DNA of 63,716 bases, counting the filler, from Thraustochytrium aureum (taxonomy: Eukaryota): assembly GCA_012862495.1 (NCBI GenBank). It is 8 parts of 5 records of this genome, joined end to end, with 100 filler letters (N's around TTAATTAATTAA, not from the genome) between each part and the next. Parts side by side here need not be neighbours in the genome. Positions count along the whole stretch, not along the records: positions 1 to 9,379 come from BLSG01000173.1; positions 9,480 to 15,885 come from BLSG01000173.1; 6 more parts are not named here. One strand, written 5' to 3'. Shown in pieces: positions 1 through 11,678 of the stretch (positions are counted from its first letter, which is position 1; every line of letters begins with the position of its first letter). Below the pieces are notes generated by a model. That model worked only from the letters and a program-made list of their open reading frames with translations, was not told the DNA's origin and searched no databases. Both the position numbers and the translations under genes were made by a program.

Positions 1-1606
1 CGAAGAGGTCGCGCGACGAGGAGGAGGAAACTGACGCCGCGACGCGCGCTGCCGCTGCCAAAGGTGGCGCTGGTGCTGCCGCGGCTGGCCGCTCAGGTAT
101 GCGCCCGGTTGTGAATGGCGGGCACTCGGTGGTGCTCGACTGGGAACCTGCCAGCGTATTTGGCGAGCGCGTGCCCTATGTGAAATCGCTTGGCCAGGAG
201 GCTGAGGTGATGGCTTCGAAGGAGCAGCCGCGCAAGATCACGCTGCACGCCAGCGACGGGTCTGCGGTGAGCTTCTTGTGCAAGAACGAATCGCGGGGAG
301 ACCTTCGCAAGGACTCGCGAATGATGGAGTTTACGTCTGTGGTGAACAAGCTGCTGTTGCGCGACCCAGGGGCGCGAAAGCGCAAGTTGCGGCTGCGGAC
401 CTACTCTGTGATCTGCTTGAACGAGTCGTGCGGGTTGCTTGAGTGGGTGGAGAACACAACGGCCTTCCGACATGTCATTCTGCGCGTTTACACAGAGGAG
501 GGCGAACTGATGGCGTTGCACAAGGCTATGGCAAATGCTCGCCTCTTGATCGAGCAGGCGCAAGCCGGCATGGACAAGCGCCCCGACCTGGGGCTGGCAA
601 ACCTGATCCGCAAGTTCAACCAGGCGTGCCGGGCGTTCCCGCCCATGCTTCACAAGTGGTTCCTCAACCACTTTGTCAACCCAGAGAGCTGGCTCGAGGC
701 GCGCGCGCTCTTCACGCGTTCGGCCGCAGTATGGTGCATGGTTGGCTACACCGTGGGGCTCGGCGACAGGCACGCAGAAAACATGCTGGTCGACTATAGC
801 TCTGGCGAAGTTGTTCACGTGGACTTTGACTGCATTTTCGACAAGGGACTCGAGCTGCCGCGCCCAGAGGTTGTTCCCTTTCGGCTCACGCGCCACATGG
901 TGGACGGTATGGACCTCGGGGCGTGCATGGCGTCTTTCGAAAGACGTGCGAGGTGGCGATGCAGGTCTTGCGGGACAACAAGGACATGTTGATGAGCGTC
1001 CTTGGCAGTTTTGTTGTGGACCCTTTGGTTGAGTGGGCCAGGGTCAAGCAGACGCAGGGCAAGTCGGCCCGCCCTGCCCGAGTGCACAGCGAGGAGGAGG
1101 TCGATCGCGGCTGCTCCAGCGCAGAGGAGGACGAAGAGGACAGCGAAAGCGTTTTCGACGGTGCGCGGGTCCAGGGGAAGCGGCGGCGCGGCAAAGCGGT
1201 GCCAGTTTCGGACTTTGACGACGGCGCCCCGCAACTCGGCGCCAAGCAGCAGCGCCAGCGCCAGCGAGAGAGGCAGCAGCGCCAGCAGCATGCCGCAAAA
1301 CTGAATGCCAAAGCGAAGAAGCGCCTCAAGGCTGCCGATGCTGAAGCCAAGCTCAACGCCGCTCCGCCCGTGATTATCGAGCCTCGCCGGTCGAAGGAGC
1401 GAGCGGAGAACAAGCTACTGCTCATCAGCGAGCGACTTGACGGCGTCGTCCGGGAGCGCTCCGCGGGTGCCACCGGCGAGTGTTTGCAAGGGTTTTTCGA
1501 CACCATGAAGCTTTCCACGCAGGGCCAGGTCCACGTTCTAATTCACGAGGCGACGCGCGATGAGAACCTTGCGCGCATGTACTGCGGCTGGCAGGCGTAT
1601 CTGTAG
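1..1606 (+). CDS. ATR: ATR/Mec1 PIKK kinase, C-terminal part (kinase + FATC); 5'-truncated by the window; 1-nt frameshift near 920
   Basis: Motifs SKEQPRKI, LCKNESRGDLRKDSRMMEF, LRLRTYSVICLNESCGLLEWV, GLGDRHAENML, HVDFDCIF, PEVVPFRLT. The second frame gives GVFRKTCE...DPLVEW and FATC LSTQGQVHVLIHEATRDENLARMYCGWQAYL*. Adding one G to GGGG at 918-921 joins the frames. Confidence 0.93.
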
Positions 1607-1663
1607 CCGCTGGCAGGCGTATCTGTAGCCGCTGGCAGGCGTATCTGTAGCCGCTGGCAGGCG
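1587..1663 (+). repeat. 22-nt tandem repeat (GCTGGCAGGCGTATCTGTAGCC) x3.5 that includes the ATR stop codon
   Basis: Three perfect units plus a partial fourth are read directly. Confidence 0.95.
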
Positions 1664-2291
1664 GGCAGCCGCTCGGTCCAAGCCACCGTTCTCCTCGCGC
1701 GCAGGCGCCCTTGCCCTCCTGCAGCGCATCCATCCTGTACGTAGTAGCACAGACTTCGAAGTAGAGCGAGTATCTCGAGCTAGAGTAGAGTATGAGAGCA
1801 AGTAGCGCGCTCGGCCGAGCGCGCCGCTCGCAGCGTCGGCCAGAGCCGGGGCGGGCGCGTTACAAAAGCGAGACCCGGGACAAGCACGGAGCGAGGGCAG
1901 GGCGAGTACTCTACCACCTACAGGTAGACTCCTTCGAAAACACGCGGCGAGCCTGGCAAGACCCCAGGGTGATGCACACTGCAGTTAGTTGGTCGTGGAT
2001 CGCACACCATGGGTGAAATCGGCGGCTCGAGCAGGCTGGCACTCACCCCTCTCTTGCTTGCCGCCGAGCACGCTGTACGGGCCGGGACGGGCCGCGCGCA
2101 GTGCCGAAAGGACGCCGCGGAGGTGAGGTCAGCGCGGCGCGGCTGGACGCCGCGAGGCGAAGCGCCAACGCGGCTTGCCCTCGCTCGCGTGGGATCACTG
2201 TTGTCGAGGGCCAGCGCACGCGCGCCGCGAGCCGGCGCGGCGGAGGCGAAGGAGCTAGCTGGCTGACTGGGTGGCGCAGGGCGACGAGCCG

Positions 2292-5200
2292 ATGAGCGGC
2301 AGGAGCGTGCCGCAGCAGGAGGATGGGGCCGTCGTGCCGTCCAAGTCGTGCCAACAGAGCGGCGGACTCGGCAAGTTTTTCGCGTGTGTGACCCCGAGAC
2401 CGAAGCCGCGCCAGGGGAAGGCGGCTGCCGCCGGCAAGGACGAAGAGGGCTCTGCCGACGGACGACGGGACTCGGTCGCAAGCCACGCGACATCCGCCTC
2501 GGCCGCACGGGTCTCCATCGGCCGGCGGCTCTCCGTGGCAAGCCGTGGCACGCGAGCCGANNNNNNNNNNNNNNNNNNNNNNNNNNNNNNNNNNNNNNNN
2601 NNNNNNNNNNNNNNNNNNNNNNNNNNNNNNNNNNNNNNNNNNNNNNNNNNNNNNNNNNNNNNNNNNNNNNNNNNNNNNNNNNNNNNNNNNNNNNNNNNNN
2701 NNNNNNNNNNNNNNNNNNNNNNNNNNNNNNNNNNNNNNNNNNNNNNNNNACCACTTTTGCCGCGACTGCGGGGCGCGACCCGGCAAGAAGACGCGCAAAT
2801 GCGAGTCGTGCGGCGCAGACCGGCGCGCCAGCGGCGCCGGCAGCGAAGCGAGCGGCAGCGCGGCGCCGTCTGGGTTTCGGTTTTCCGTGAGCCGGCAAGG
2901 CCGCGCGCGGAGGGCAACGCTCAACAAGTACATGGCCGTCGTGCAAAAGCACGAGGGCAGGCGCAGGATCAAAACGATGGACGCTGCGTTCCGCGCCAGG
3001 CTGAATGACGCGCGGCGGACGTTCCACCAGACGGAAACGACCCGCCGTCTCGCTCGCGCGCACACGCTACGCGAAGACTTTTTCAAGAGTGCCAAGGCCG
3101 AGGCCGGCGCGATGTCCCCTTCAAGCAGCTCCAACTTTGTCTTTGAGGAGTTGGACCGGTCGGAGGAGACCCAGCGCCGCTCGAAGCGGGGCCAGAGCAC
3201 GAGCTCTGAGGCCCCGTTCAAGCTCGATTTGGTGGATGTGCCGCAAGAGCAGGAGGACTTTTACCTCAAGGACGTGGACCAGTTTTTGGCCGCCTCGATC
3301 AAGGAGCTGGAGGCCAACAAGAAGGCCTGCTCAAGAGCGAGAAGCAGCTGCACCTAAACAAGATCAAGCAGATCAAGCAGCTCCGCAACAACCTCCTCTC
3401 CGAGCAGGACGCCATGATCGCAGAGGTGCGCACGCAGAGCAAGGCCGTCATCAAAGGCTTGAGGAAGCACGCAGAGGAGCTGACCGCCAACATCAAGCGC
3501 AAGGCCAAGGAGGGCGACGAGCTCGACGCTGAACGCCAGGAGCAAATCGCAGAGCTCGACGCGGTCGTGGCGGCCTTCTCTTCCATCACGCTCGCCGACG
3601 ATGCTGCTGCTGCTGCAACTGCCTCGAGCCCGTCCTCCCGCGGCGGCGCGGCAGACCGGGCTCGCCGCGGGCCCCGGGGCAGCGAAGGCGACTTTGACCG
3701 CGTGTTTGAGCGCGAGCGGCAGCGCAAGGAGAACGCCAACATGCTCCTGCAGCAAAACTTTGAATCGCGGCTTGAACAGCTGCAGGAAGAGCTGGCCACG
3801 ACGGAGGGCCATTTGAACGACCTCGAGCTGGAGCAGTACTTCCCCAAGATTATGCAGTGGAAGGTGCGACTGAACTCGGGGGACGGCCTGTTCATCGGGA
3901 TGCGGGATCTCGACCTGGAGATGCTGGACGCCAACATTGTGATGGGCCGCGGCGACGAGTTGGGCACGGTTCTGTTCGAGGTTCGCGACATTCGCGCCAT
4001 CGTCGGGATCTACCAATTCTCCATCAACGGCAACACGGCCACGGCAAAGCTGCTTCGGGGCCTGCTGACACCGACGGTGAACCGGCTCGACCTGGAGGTC
4101 AGCGGCAACTGGAACCTGAAGCTGCGCTTCAAGCCTGGTGGCGAGCACGGGGACCTGCGGCCCAAGTGGGTCAAGGAGGAGTCGCAGTTTGACCTGCATC
4201 TGACCAAGGAGACGGCAGGCGCGGGGCTCATCCTTCTCCCGGATCGCGTTATCCGCTGGCTCACAACCCAGCTGCTGCCTTCCGTGATCTCGTCATCGAT
4301 CATGCTGAATCTCCCCATCCGGCTGGGCAATTTTTTTCAGCACCCGCAGAACTTTGTGCGCCTCAGCGGCAAGCTGCACGTGGAGGGGCAGATTCCGCCC
4401 CGGGTGTGGTGCGCCCCGCTTGTTGGCCCCACGATGTCGGCCAAGCTGGCGCGCAAGGCGATGGGCCTCACGGACGAAGAGGCTGTCCTGCTTGATCTCA
4501 TGTTTCGCAGCGACCTGGCCACTTATGCCGGGTTCCACAAAAAGGCCATCTCGATGGCGCGCCTCTACAAGTGGCGCTTGCAGTACGCCTCGCAGCCGCT
4601 CGCCAAGCTGGCCGTAATGCTCGGCCTGATCGAGAGCAACCCGCACGTGCTCCTCCAGCACGGCGAGGCGGGAAGCGGCGAGGCGCCCGAGCAGCCGAAC
4701 GGCTGGGCCCTGCAAATCGTCAACAGAGTCTGCGAGCTCGCTGTCAAGCCTGTCACCCTGGACCTGCAAATCCTCGAGATCGACGCTGACGTCAACGTCA
4801 AGCAGGCGATGGACATCTTTACAGGCATGTATATCGAGTCGCTCGAGCACGAGGTTGAGAAGGCCACAGGGTCCCGCGCCATCCGCGCCGCGGAGAGAAA
4901 GGTGGAGCACGCCAAGGAACGTGCCGCCCGCTTCGAGGGCTACCTCGAAGCGTACATCGCGCCGATCCTGAGCGACAAGGTCTCTTTTGACTTTACGACC
5001 ACTGTGATGGGCGGCCTCGTCTCTGGAATCATGATGGCGTCCATGCACAAACTGGAGGCGCAGCTCAAGCTTCCATCTGTTTTCGAGTGGAACCAGGTGT
5101 TTGGGGAGGCGTTCGAGCTCTCGAAAGGTTTCAACCTGACCATCCAAGGCGAGACGGGCCCAGGCCAGGGCGAGTACACGCTCAAGGCCAAGCACAAGTG

Positions 5201-5854
5201 GGTCGACCCAAGCGAGGCCCCGCTGCCGCAAGACGTCATTCCCGACGACGATGCGCAGGCAATCATCAAGGACCTCAGCCTCAACCTGTTCCCGAGCCTG
5301 CTCGCGCCGGGCACGGTGCGGCTCACGGCCGAGTCGCTCAAGGCCTCGTGGTTTATTTGTTCGCTTGCGGAAGCGCTTGGGGACGGCCGCGAGTTGGAGC
5401 ATGGCTCTGCGGGGCCAGGGTCTCACCAGCGGGCTGCCAGCACGCTCGTCGAAGCCCCTGCCCACGCCCTCCCAGATGGGGCCACGAACGGCTCAGTCGA
5501 GGNNNNNNNNNNNNNNNNNNNNNNNNNNNNNNNNNNNNNNNNNNNNNNNNNNNNNNNNNNNNNNNNNNNNNNNNNNNNNNNNNNNNNNNNNNNNNNNNNN
5601 NNNNNNNNNNNNNNNNNNNNNNNNNNNNNNNNNNNNNNNNNNNNNNNNNNNNNNNNNNNNNNNNNNNNNNNNNNNNNNNNNNNNNNNNNNNNNNNNNNNN
5701 NNNNNNNNGCGAGATAGGCGTCGATCAAAAGTCCACTATCCGCGTCACGCTCGGAAAGAGCAAGTCGGCTCAAGGCGGCCATGTGCCGTGCTTGGCCGCG
5801 CTGCACGTGCGGTTCAGCTTGGCTGAGATTTTTGAGAGCGGCGAGCCTGTGTGA
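2292..5854 (+). CDS. Large hypothetical protein: low-complexity N-terminus, coiled coil, then beta-rich, possibly TULIP/SMP-like domains; two N gaps; frameshift near 3328
   Basis: ORFs 2271-, 2545-3357, 3414-5717 and -5854 have coding-like codon bias. One extra C at AAGGCC(C)TG gives KKALLKSEKQLHLNKIKQ, in frame with the 3414 ORF. The TULIP-like call is inference from strand pattern and the helix LPDRVIRWLTTQLLPSVISS. Confidence 0.7.
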
Positions 5855-5889
5855 GCCAAGGACAAGGCAATGACAATGACAATAACAAG

Positions 5890-5967
5890 ATCGACCATGG
5901 TCGAAGCGCGTCCTTGGCGACGACAATATCAATATCAGTATCGACCATGGTCGAAGCGCGTCCTTGG
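5890..5967. repeat. Two 28-nt direct repeats ATCGACCATGGTCGAAGCGCGTCCTTGG (period 50), each containing the 14-bp palindrome TCGACCATGGTCGA
   Basis: Copies at 5890-5917 and 5940-5967. Confidence 0.9.
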
Positions 5968-6278
5968 GCGCATCACAAACGCGCGAAGCGTGGTACTTCT
6001 TGGACGTGTTTAGCGCCTGTTTTGGCGGCAACAGCGCAGCGAGACGGCAGCGCATCAAGTTGTTATCATAAATGGAGTGCGTTCCCTTGCTTGCACGCAC
6101 CCACCGACCATGGATGCGCCGAAGGCCGTTGCCGCAGCGGCTCAAAGACAGCATTTCAAGGCGTAGCTACAGAGAAAGAAGGAAAAGCAACAGAAGATAC
6201 CTGTTTGCGCCGCAAAGGCGATACTGTTCGTGATGTTGACGGGCGCCACCTGAGGCAGCGCAGAAATACCTCTTGCTC

Positions 6279-6348
6279 GCATGAGTGCAACTCGGAATCG
6301 CAAAAGCGCGCATGAGTGCAACTCGGAATCGCACAAGCACGCCCGAGT
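6279..6348. repeat. 31-nt tandem repeat (GCATGAGTGCAACTCGGAATCGCA...) x2 plus a partial third unit
   Basis: Read directly; it starts right after the minus-strand stop at 6350-6352. Confidence 0.85.
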
Positions 6349-6349
6349 C

Positions 6350-7896
6350 CTACCAGGTCCTCCGCATGGCGCGAGAAAGGTTGGCGCACTCACGGAGCTC
6401 TAGAAATGCGCAGATCTGCACAGCCGCTCCGTCCGGGAGTCGCCCCAAGGCCGGCACCCCTGAGACATCCTCGAGGTGCGCCCGCTTTACCGCAAAAGCC
6501 GCACTCGTGTGCCCCAGCGAGGCTTTAATTCCCTGTGCTGGCGCGACGACTGACAGGGGCGCTGTCGGCCCGAGCGTTGCGCCAAGACCAGCATGGGGAA
6601 AACCTTGGCCAGAACCCGCTGTCGCGTGCGACGAGGGCGCAGTGCGCTGGCCGCCAGGCAGAGCCGAAATACCTCCAAGGGATTTCGGCCCTGGCAACGC
6701 CGCTTGAGCATTGGCGGCGGCCTGTTGCAGACTCGTAGGCGTAGTTGCGACGGCGCTGAAAACCTTGCGCGGCGAGACGAGCGGCGAGGAGTGCGGCGTG
6801 GATTCCGGGGAGATGGACACTGACGAAAACGAGAAAGGGAGACGTGGTCACCCTCGTGGTGCAGGTGAAGATGGTGGTGGTGGTGGTGGTGATGGTGGTG
6901 GAGGCCAGTCGTTGTTGGCCCACCCTGGCCCTGCTGCTGCTGGGCCTTGGAGGAGCCGAAGGGGAGGTAGAACCGCGAAGGCGACGGCGTCCCGCGGCCC
7001 GCAGCGGCCGCAAGCCCGTCCCGATCCACCCCAGTGCCGGCCGACCGCGAATCGGGTGCTCCAAGCGAAGGGAGCCCCACCGGAACGCGCGGCGACGGCA
7101 GGCCGCCCGTAGAGCCAAAGGCCGTGTGGTGAGGGCTGGGCAGGCCAGCCCCGCTCGTGCTGTGCAACGCGCGATGCGGCACCGCAGAGGCCGTTGCTGC
7201 GAACGCGAACCCTGGAGGGTTTGTCGCGACCGCAGACTTACTGGCCTGGACGAAAGATCCAAACGTGGGGCCGCCAAAGCCCGCAACGCGATTCTTCGGC
7301 GTGCTCGCCGGAGTCGAGCCCGGCGTGGTAGTCGGTGTCGTCGCCGCAGACGACAGCGTAGGTGTCGAGGACGCGACCGAGGCTGCTGAGGAGCCGCGGT
7401 GGCGCGGCTCGGCCGGCGAGGGTGGCAAGCAAGCCTCTTCCTCCGTGTACTTGCACTCCGTCTGCAGCTTGCGCCGGCCAAGCGGGGTCGTCGTGAGTTC
7501 GTGCAGGCCCGGGTCCTTGTACTTTTCCACGTTGCGCACGTGCGACAGGCACTGGCTCCAGTTCGGAAAGTGCACGCCACAGGCTCTGCACGTGTACTTG
7601 GGCGCAAACGTGCCAGGCTCGCTCGTGCCAGGCGGCGTCTCAGACGCGGCGACGGGCACGGCCGCTGGCGCCACGAGCGGCACTGGCGCGGCGCCGCCTT
7701 TCGTCTGCCTCAACGCCGTCCGCCTGGCCTTCGTCTGGGCACCAGCGGATTCGCGCCTCACCATCTGCACGGTCATCCCTTTCTCGGCGCCCTCGTCTTC
7801 CTCCAGCCCACGTTGCGCGTCCTCGCTTTCGCCGCAGCTTCCGCCGCCCTTCCCGAGGTTCTTCCGCTCACTGCGCCGGGACAGCGCCGGCCACAT
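6350..7896 (-). CDS. C2H2 zinc-finger protein with S/T/P-rich region, poly-His and C-terminal F-box-like motif; frameshift near 6838; start uncertain
   Basis: CRACGVHFPNWSQCLSH (zinc-finger-like) and a His run. One extra C (TCC CCT TTC TCG) links to ORF 6350-6820 ending LGRLPDGAAVQICAFLELRECANLSRAMRRTW*. Confidence 0.65.
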
Positions 7897-8725
7897 ATGG
7901 CATCCACCGCCGACCTGCCACACCCGAGCGGCCCCGCGTCGACCGTCCCGCGCACGCTGCGCCAATCAGTCACAAGCCCAGCCCCGCCGCGCTCTCGGCC
8001 ATGCACGCCTGCACCTCCACGCCAAAAGGCCTGCCACGACGCCAGCCACGCAGGCAGGCAGGCAGGGCGAGAGAGGCAGGCAGGCGCGAGACGAGAGGCG
8101 AGGCGAGGAGAGGAGAGGCACCTGCGCAGGCAGCCACGCAGCCAGCCANNNNNNNNNNNNNNNNNNNNNNNNNNNNNNNNNNNNNNNNNNNNNNNNNNNN
8201 NNNNNNNNNNNNNNNNNNNNNNNNNNNNNNNNNNNNNNNNNNNNNNNNNNNNNNNNNNNNNNNNNNNNNNNNNNNNNNNNNNNNNNNNNNNNNNNNNNNN
8301 NNNNNNNNNNNNNNNNNNNNNNNNNNNNNNNNNNNNNNNNNNNNNNNNNNNNNNNNNNNNNNNNNNNNNNNNNNNNNNNNNNNNNNNNNNNNNACGCACT
8401 GCAGCAACACCTTCCTTCCTTCTTTCCTCTCTCTCTCGTGCTTCCCAAGGACTCTTCTGGTGTTCCTTCTGTTCCTCCCCTCAGGGCAGGGAGAGAACAA
8501 AGGAACCAGGCGCTCCTGCCCACACATCGCACACTATCCTTTGCGGAGAGCTTTGAGAAATCAAGAAAGATGAATTCAAACTTTGATGGTCGTTTCTGTT
8601 CGTGTTCTCGGACCAACCAACCACCGACCAACCGACCACCGAAAAATGCGGTGTGCTGCGTGGCCGCGGGGCGCGTAATGCGGTGACTGGTGCACTGGCC
8701 TGCCCCTCTGACGCGCTTGATAGGC

Positions 8726-8768
8726 TTGCAAGCAAGCAAGCGAGCGAGCAAGGAAGGAAGGAAGGAGG
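8726..8768. repeat. (GCAA)n/(GGAA)n microsatellite
   Basis: gcaagcaagcaagcgagcgagcaaggaaggaaggaaggagg. Confidence 0.8.
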
Positions 8769-8877
8769 TTCGCGTTGGTTTTCTCGGACGCGTTGCCACG
8801 CGCAAGCACGCCTTCAGAAATCCGCCCGAGGGGACGCCGCGGACCATCTCATGGAAGGCACGCGGGTTGACCTCGAA

Positions 8878-9379
8878 CTACCTTCTGCGGACCTGCCAGT
8901 GGTTGCAGTCCTCGAACTGGCTCGTGACGAGAGTGCGCAAGTCTGGCTTCCTGCCGACGTTTTGCACAGTCGTTCGTTGTCCCTGTGGTTTGGCTTTCTG
9001 GTCACGGCCCAGTAGTCGTCCTCCACGATGTCGTCGTCCAGGTCGGCAAAGCCGCTCCCAGAGTTGACTTTGTCGACGCCGTGCTCCCGTGGCGTCCTCT
9101 CCGCAGGCCACCTCGGTGTCCATGCTGAGGAATACGTATTTCGCTTTGACGACGTTGGCGTACCAGGCCTGGCGCGGCGGCTTCTTCGGGTCAATCTCGT
9201 CCCATTGCTTGAAGGTCTTGTAGGCGGCCCTTTTGGGCGCCGCGTACCACGCGCGCAACCTGATGTCGGAAGCAGTCGCTTCCTCCACCTGCTGCACCCA
9301 TATCCGCTGTGCCTTTGGCCGATACGCACAGATGGAATCCCTTTGTGTCGTCGCCACCGTCTGTTGTCTAGCGCCTGCC
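8878..9379 (-). CDS. Hypothetical protein fragment at scaffold end, probably frameshifted
   Basis: Protein-like stretch IRLRAWYAAPKRAAYKTFKQWDEIDPKKPPRQAWYANVVKAKYVF; no family recognised. Confidence 0.35.
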
Positions 9380-9479
9380 NNNNNNNNNNNNNNNNNNNNN
9401 NNNNNNNNNNNNNNNNNNNNNNNTTAATTAATTAANNNNNNNNNNNNNNNNNNNNNNNNNNNNNNNNNNNNNNNNNNNN
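9380..9479. other. Artificial scaffold spacer (N44-TTAATTAATTAA-N44)
   Basis: Six-frame stop linker at 9424-9435; identical to six other spacers. Confidence 0.97.
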
Positions 9480-10799
9480 GCTTGCGGTACCCGTGTATAA
9501 TCAGCCCGAAAAAGTTGACATGAGGCCGAATGATCGGCTTTGGGTGGCTGACGTACTTTCGAGCGTCCTTCGCAAGCACGTCCCGGTGGAACGCCCGATC
9601 TGCGGATAGTTCAGCGATGACGTTTTCGAAGCCCGGCTTGTTCGACTCCGTTTCGCACCAGTCCTCGGGGCCAAGAAAACACGGGGCGTTGATGATGCTG
9701 CTGGTTCCGGCGATTGAGTCGAGGAGATCGGCAACCTTTGCGTCCGCTGGGTGGTCCAAGCCAGGGAAGATAAACTCGTCCATGTCCGTGAACATGATCC
9801 AGGAGGGGTTGAGTTCGCGCGAGCGCAGGATGCAGTCGTACCGGGTCCACGGTTGCGCCATAGCCTTGCCAGAGCCGGCAAAAACGGAGCCCGCCAGGGG
9901 CCCGTAGATCTCCTGCAAGGATGTTCGCATGTCGACGATCACGAGCTGGCCCGCCGCGATTACCTCGAAAGAACGTGCCGATGATGCATGACTGAAAGGC
10001 CCATCTCATAATAGACGGTGCGATGGAACCCTTGCACAACATTATGTTGGACGTGGCGCAGCAGGGACCTGGAGTCGACGTTGCCAAAGAGTAGCCTGCC
10101 GCAAGCAATAGGGCTGGTTACGCCCTTTCGCTCGCCAGGCGATCTGATCGCCTGAACGGGGGCCTCAATTGTCGCCATTATCATCGTGGGGTCTGCGTTC
10201 GGGGGCAGGTCTGCATGTTTTCGGAATTTTCGATGCTGGTCTTCCGCTTTGCGGCCGCCGATCTCCCAAACTACCGGATAGGACTTGTCGATGGAAAAGC
10301 GGAAGACGCCACGGACACCGGGCGGGACCCTCCGGTTTTCCCCTTTCCTGTCGAAACGGCAAGCGATGACGCACGTCGCGAGGAATGGGCCGGCCGCTCG
10401 CTTGAAACGCCCGGCCGAGCTAGACTCGACGGTGGTCATGGCCGAGTTGAGAGCCAATGCCTGGCCAGTGTCCAGACCCGATTTTTCCTCCGGTGCCCAG
10501 AAGGTTGTGTAGTGGCCAGTGAGGCACTCTTTGGAACTGCCAGCGCTGCCAGCGCTGGCGGGGCACCACTCACACGTCGGGGCGTGGTCGGGCTTGGTCG
10601 CATCCTCAAGCGTTTCGTTTATGGGCACGTACAGGGTCTCAACGTGCGTTTTGGTGGTTTTCTGCCGCGCGATGAATGGCGTTTCGGACTCGTAGCGGGA
10701 CCTGAATGACCGCGAAAACGCCAGTGCCGTTCTCCCCAACGTGTGCCACAGTGTCAAAGTTGAGCTGGTACGACTTGTTCGAAAGCGGCGGCTCTGCAT
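9480..10799 (-). CDS. GT92/DUF23-like (GT-A fold) glycosyltransferase, partial; frameshift near 9970
   Basis: LLRHVQHNVVQGFHRTVYYE, then YDCILRSRELNPSWIMFTDMDEFIFP (DxDE motif) and HPKPIIRP. One extra T restores HVLFEVIAAGQLVIVDM. Confidence 0.65.
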
Positions 10800-11678
10800 N
10801 NNNNNNNNNNNNNNNNNNNNNNNNNNNNNNNNNNNNNNNNNNNNNNNNNNNNNNNNNNNNNNNNNNNNNNNNNNNNNNNNNNNNNNNNNNNNNNNNNNNN
10901 NNNNNNNNNNNNNNNNNNNNNNNNNNNNNNNNNNNNNNNNNNNNNNNNNNNNNNNNNNNNNNNNNNNNNNNNNNNNNNNNNNNNNNNNNNNNNNNNNNNN
11001 NNNNNNNNNNNNNNNNNNNNNNNNNNNNNNNNNNNNNNNNNNNNNNNNNNNNNNNNNNNNNNNNNNNNNNNNNNNNNNNNNNNNNNNNNNNNNNNNNNNN
11101 NNNNNNNNNNNNNNNNNNNNNNNNNNNNNNNNNNNNNNNNNNNNNNNNNNNNNNNNNNNNNNNNNNNNNNNNNNNNNNNNNNNNNNNNNNNNNNNNNNNN
11201 NNNNNNNNNNNNNNNNNNNNNNNNNNNNNNNNNNNNNNNNNNNNNNNNNNNNNNNNNNNNNNNNNNNNNNNNNNNNNNNNNNNNNNNNNNNNNNNNNNNN
11301 NNNNNNNNNNNNNNNNNNNNNNNNNNNNNNNNNNNNNNNNNNNNNNNNNNNNNNNNNNNNNNNNNNNNNNNNNNNNNNNNNNNNNNNNNNNNNNNNNNNN
11401 NNNNNNNNNNNNNNNNNNNNNNNNNNNNNNAACTCATCATGGATTATCAATCGACGCTCTTCGGCAAGGCCTTCAAGTTGCCGCCTCCCGTCGTGATTCA
11501 AGCCACCCGTCACTGTGCAAGATGGGGGGTATGGGAGGTACGTTGGAATCGCGAGAACGCTGTTTGGGCGCGCGGCAATTCTGCTCGATGGGGGACAGCA
11601 TTTTCTGGGCGAACAGCAATTTAGCGGACCCCAGAAAAAACTCGAACTTGAACGTCCTTGTATTGATTGATGTCAAGA

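Noticed and set aside
5890..5967. CRISPR-like mini-array (palindromic 28-nt repeats with a 22-nt spacer)
   Set aside because: Only two units, the spacer is low-complexity and resembles the upstream flank, no cas genes, eukaryotic context.
6820..6851. Tiny GT-AG intron (~32 nt) in the zinc-finger gene
   Set aside because: Weak donor (GTGACC), no branch point, much shorter than the 86-nt intron seen elsewhere; a homopolymer indel explains the frame change more simply.
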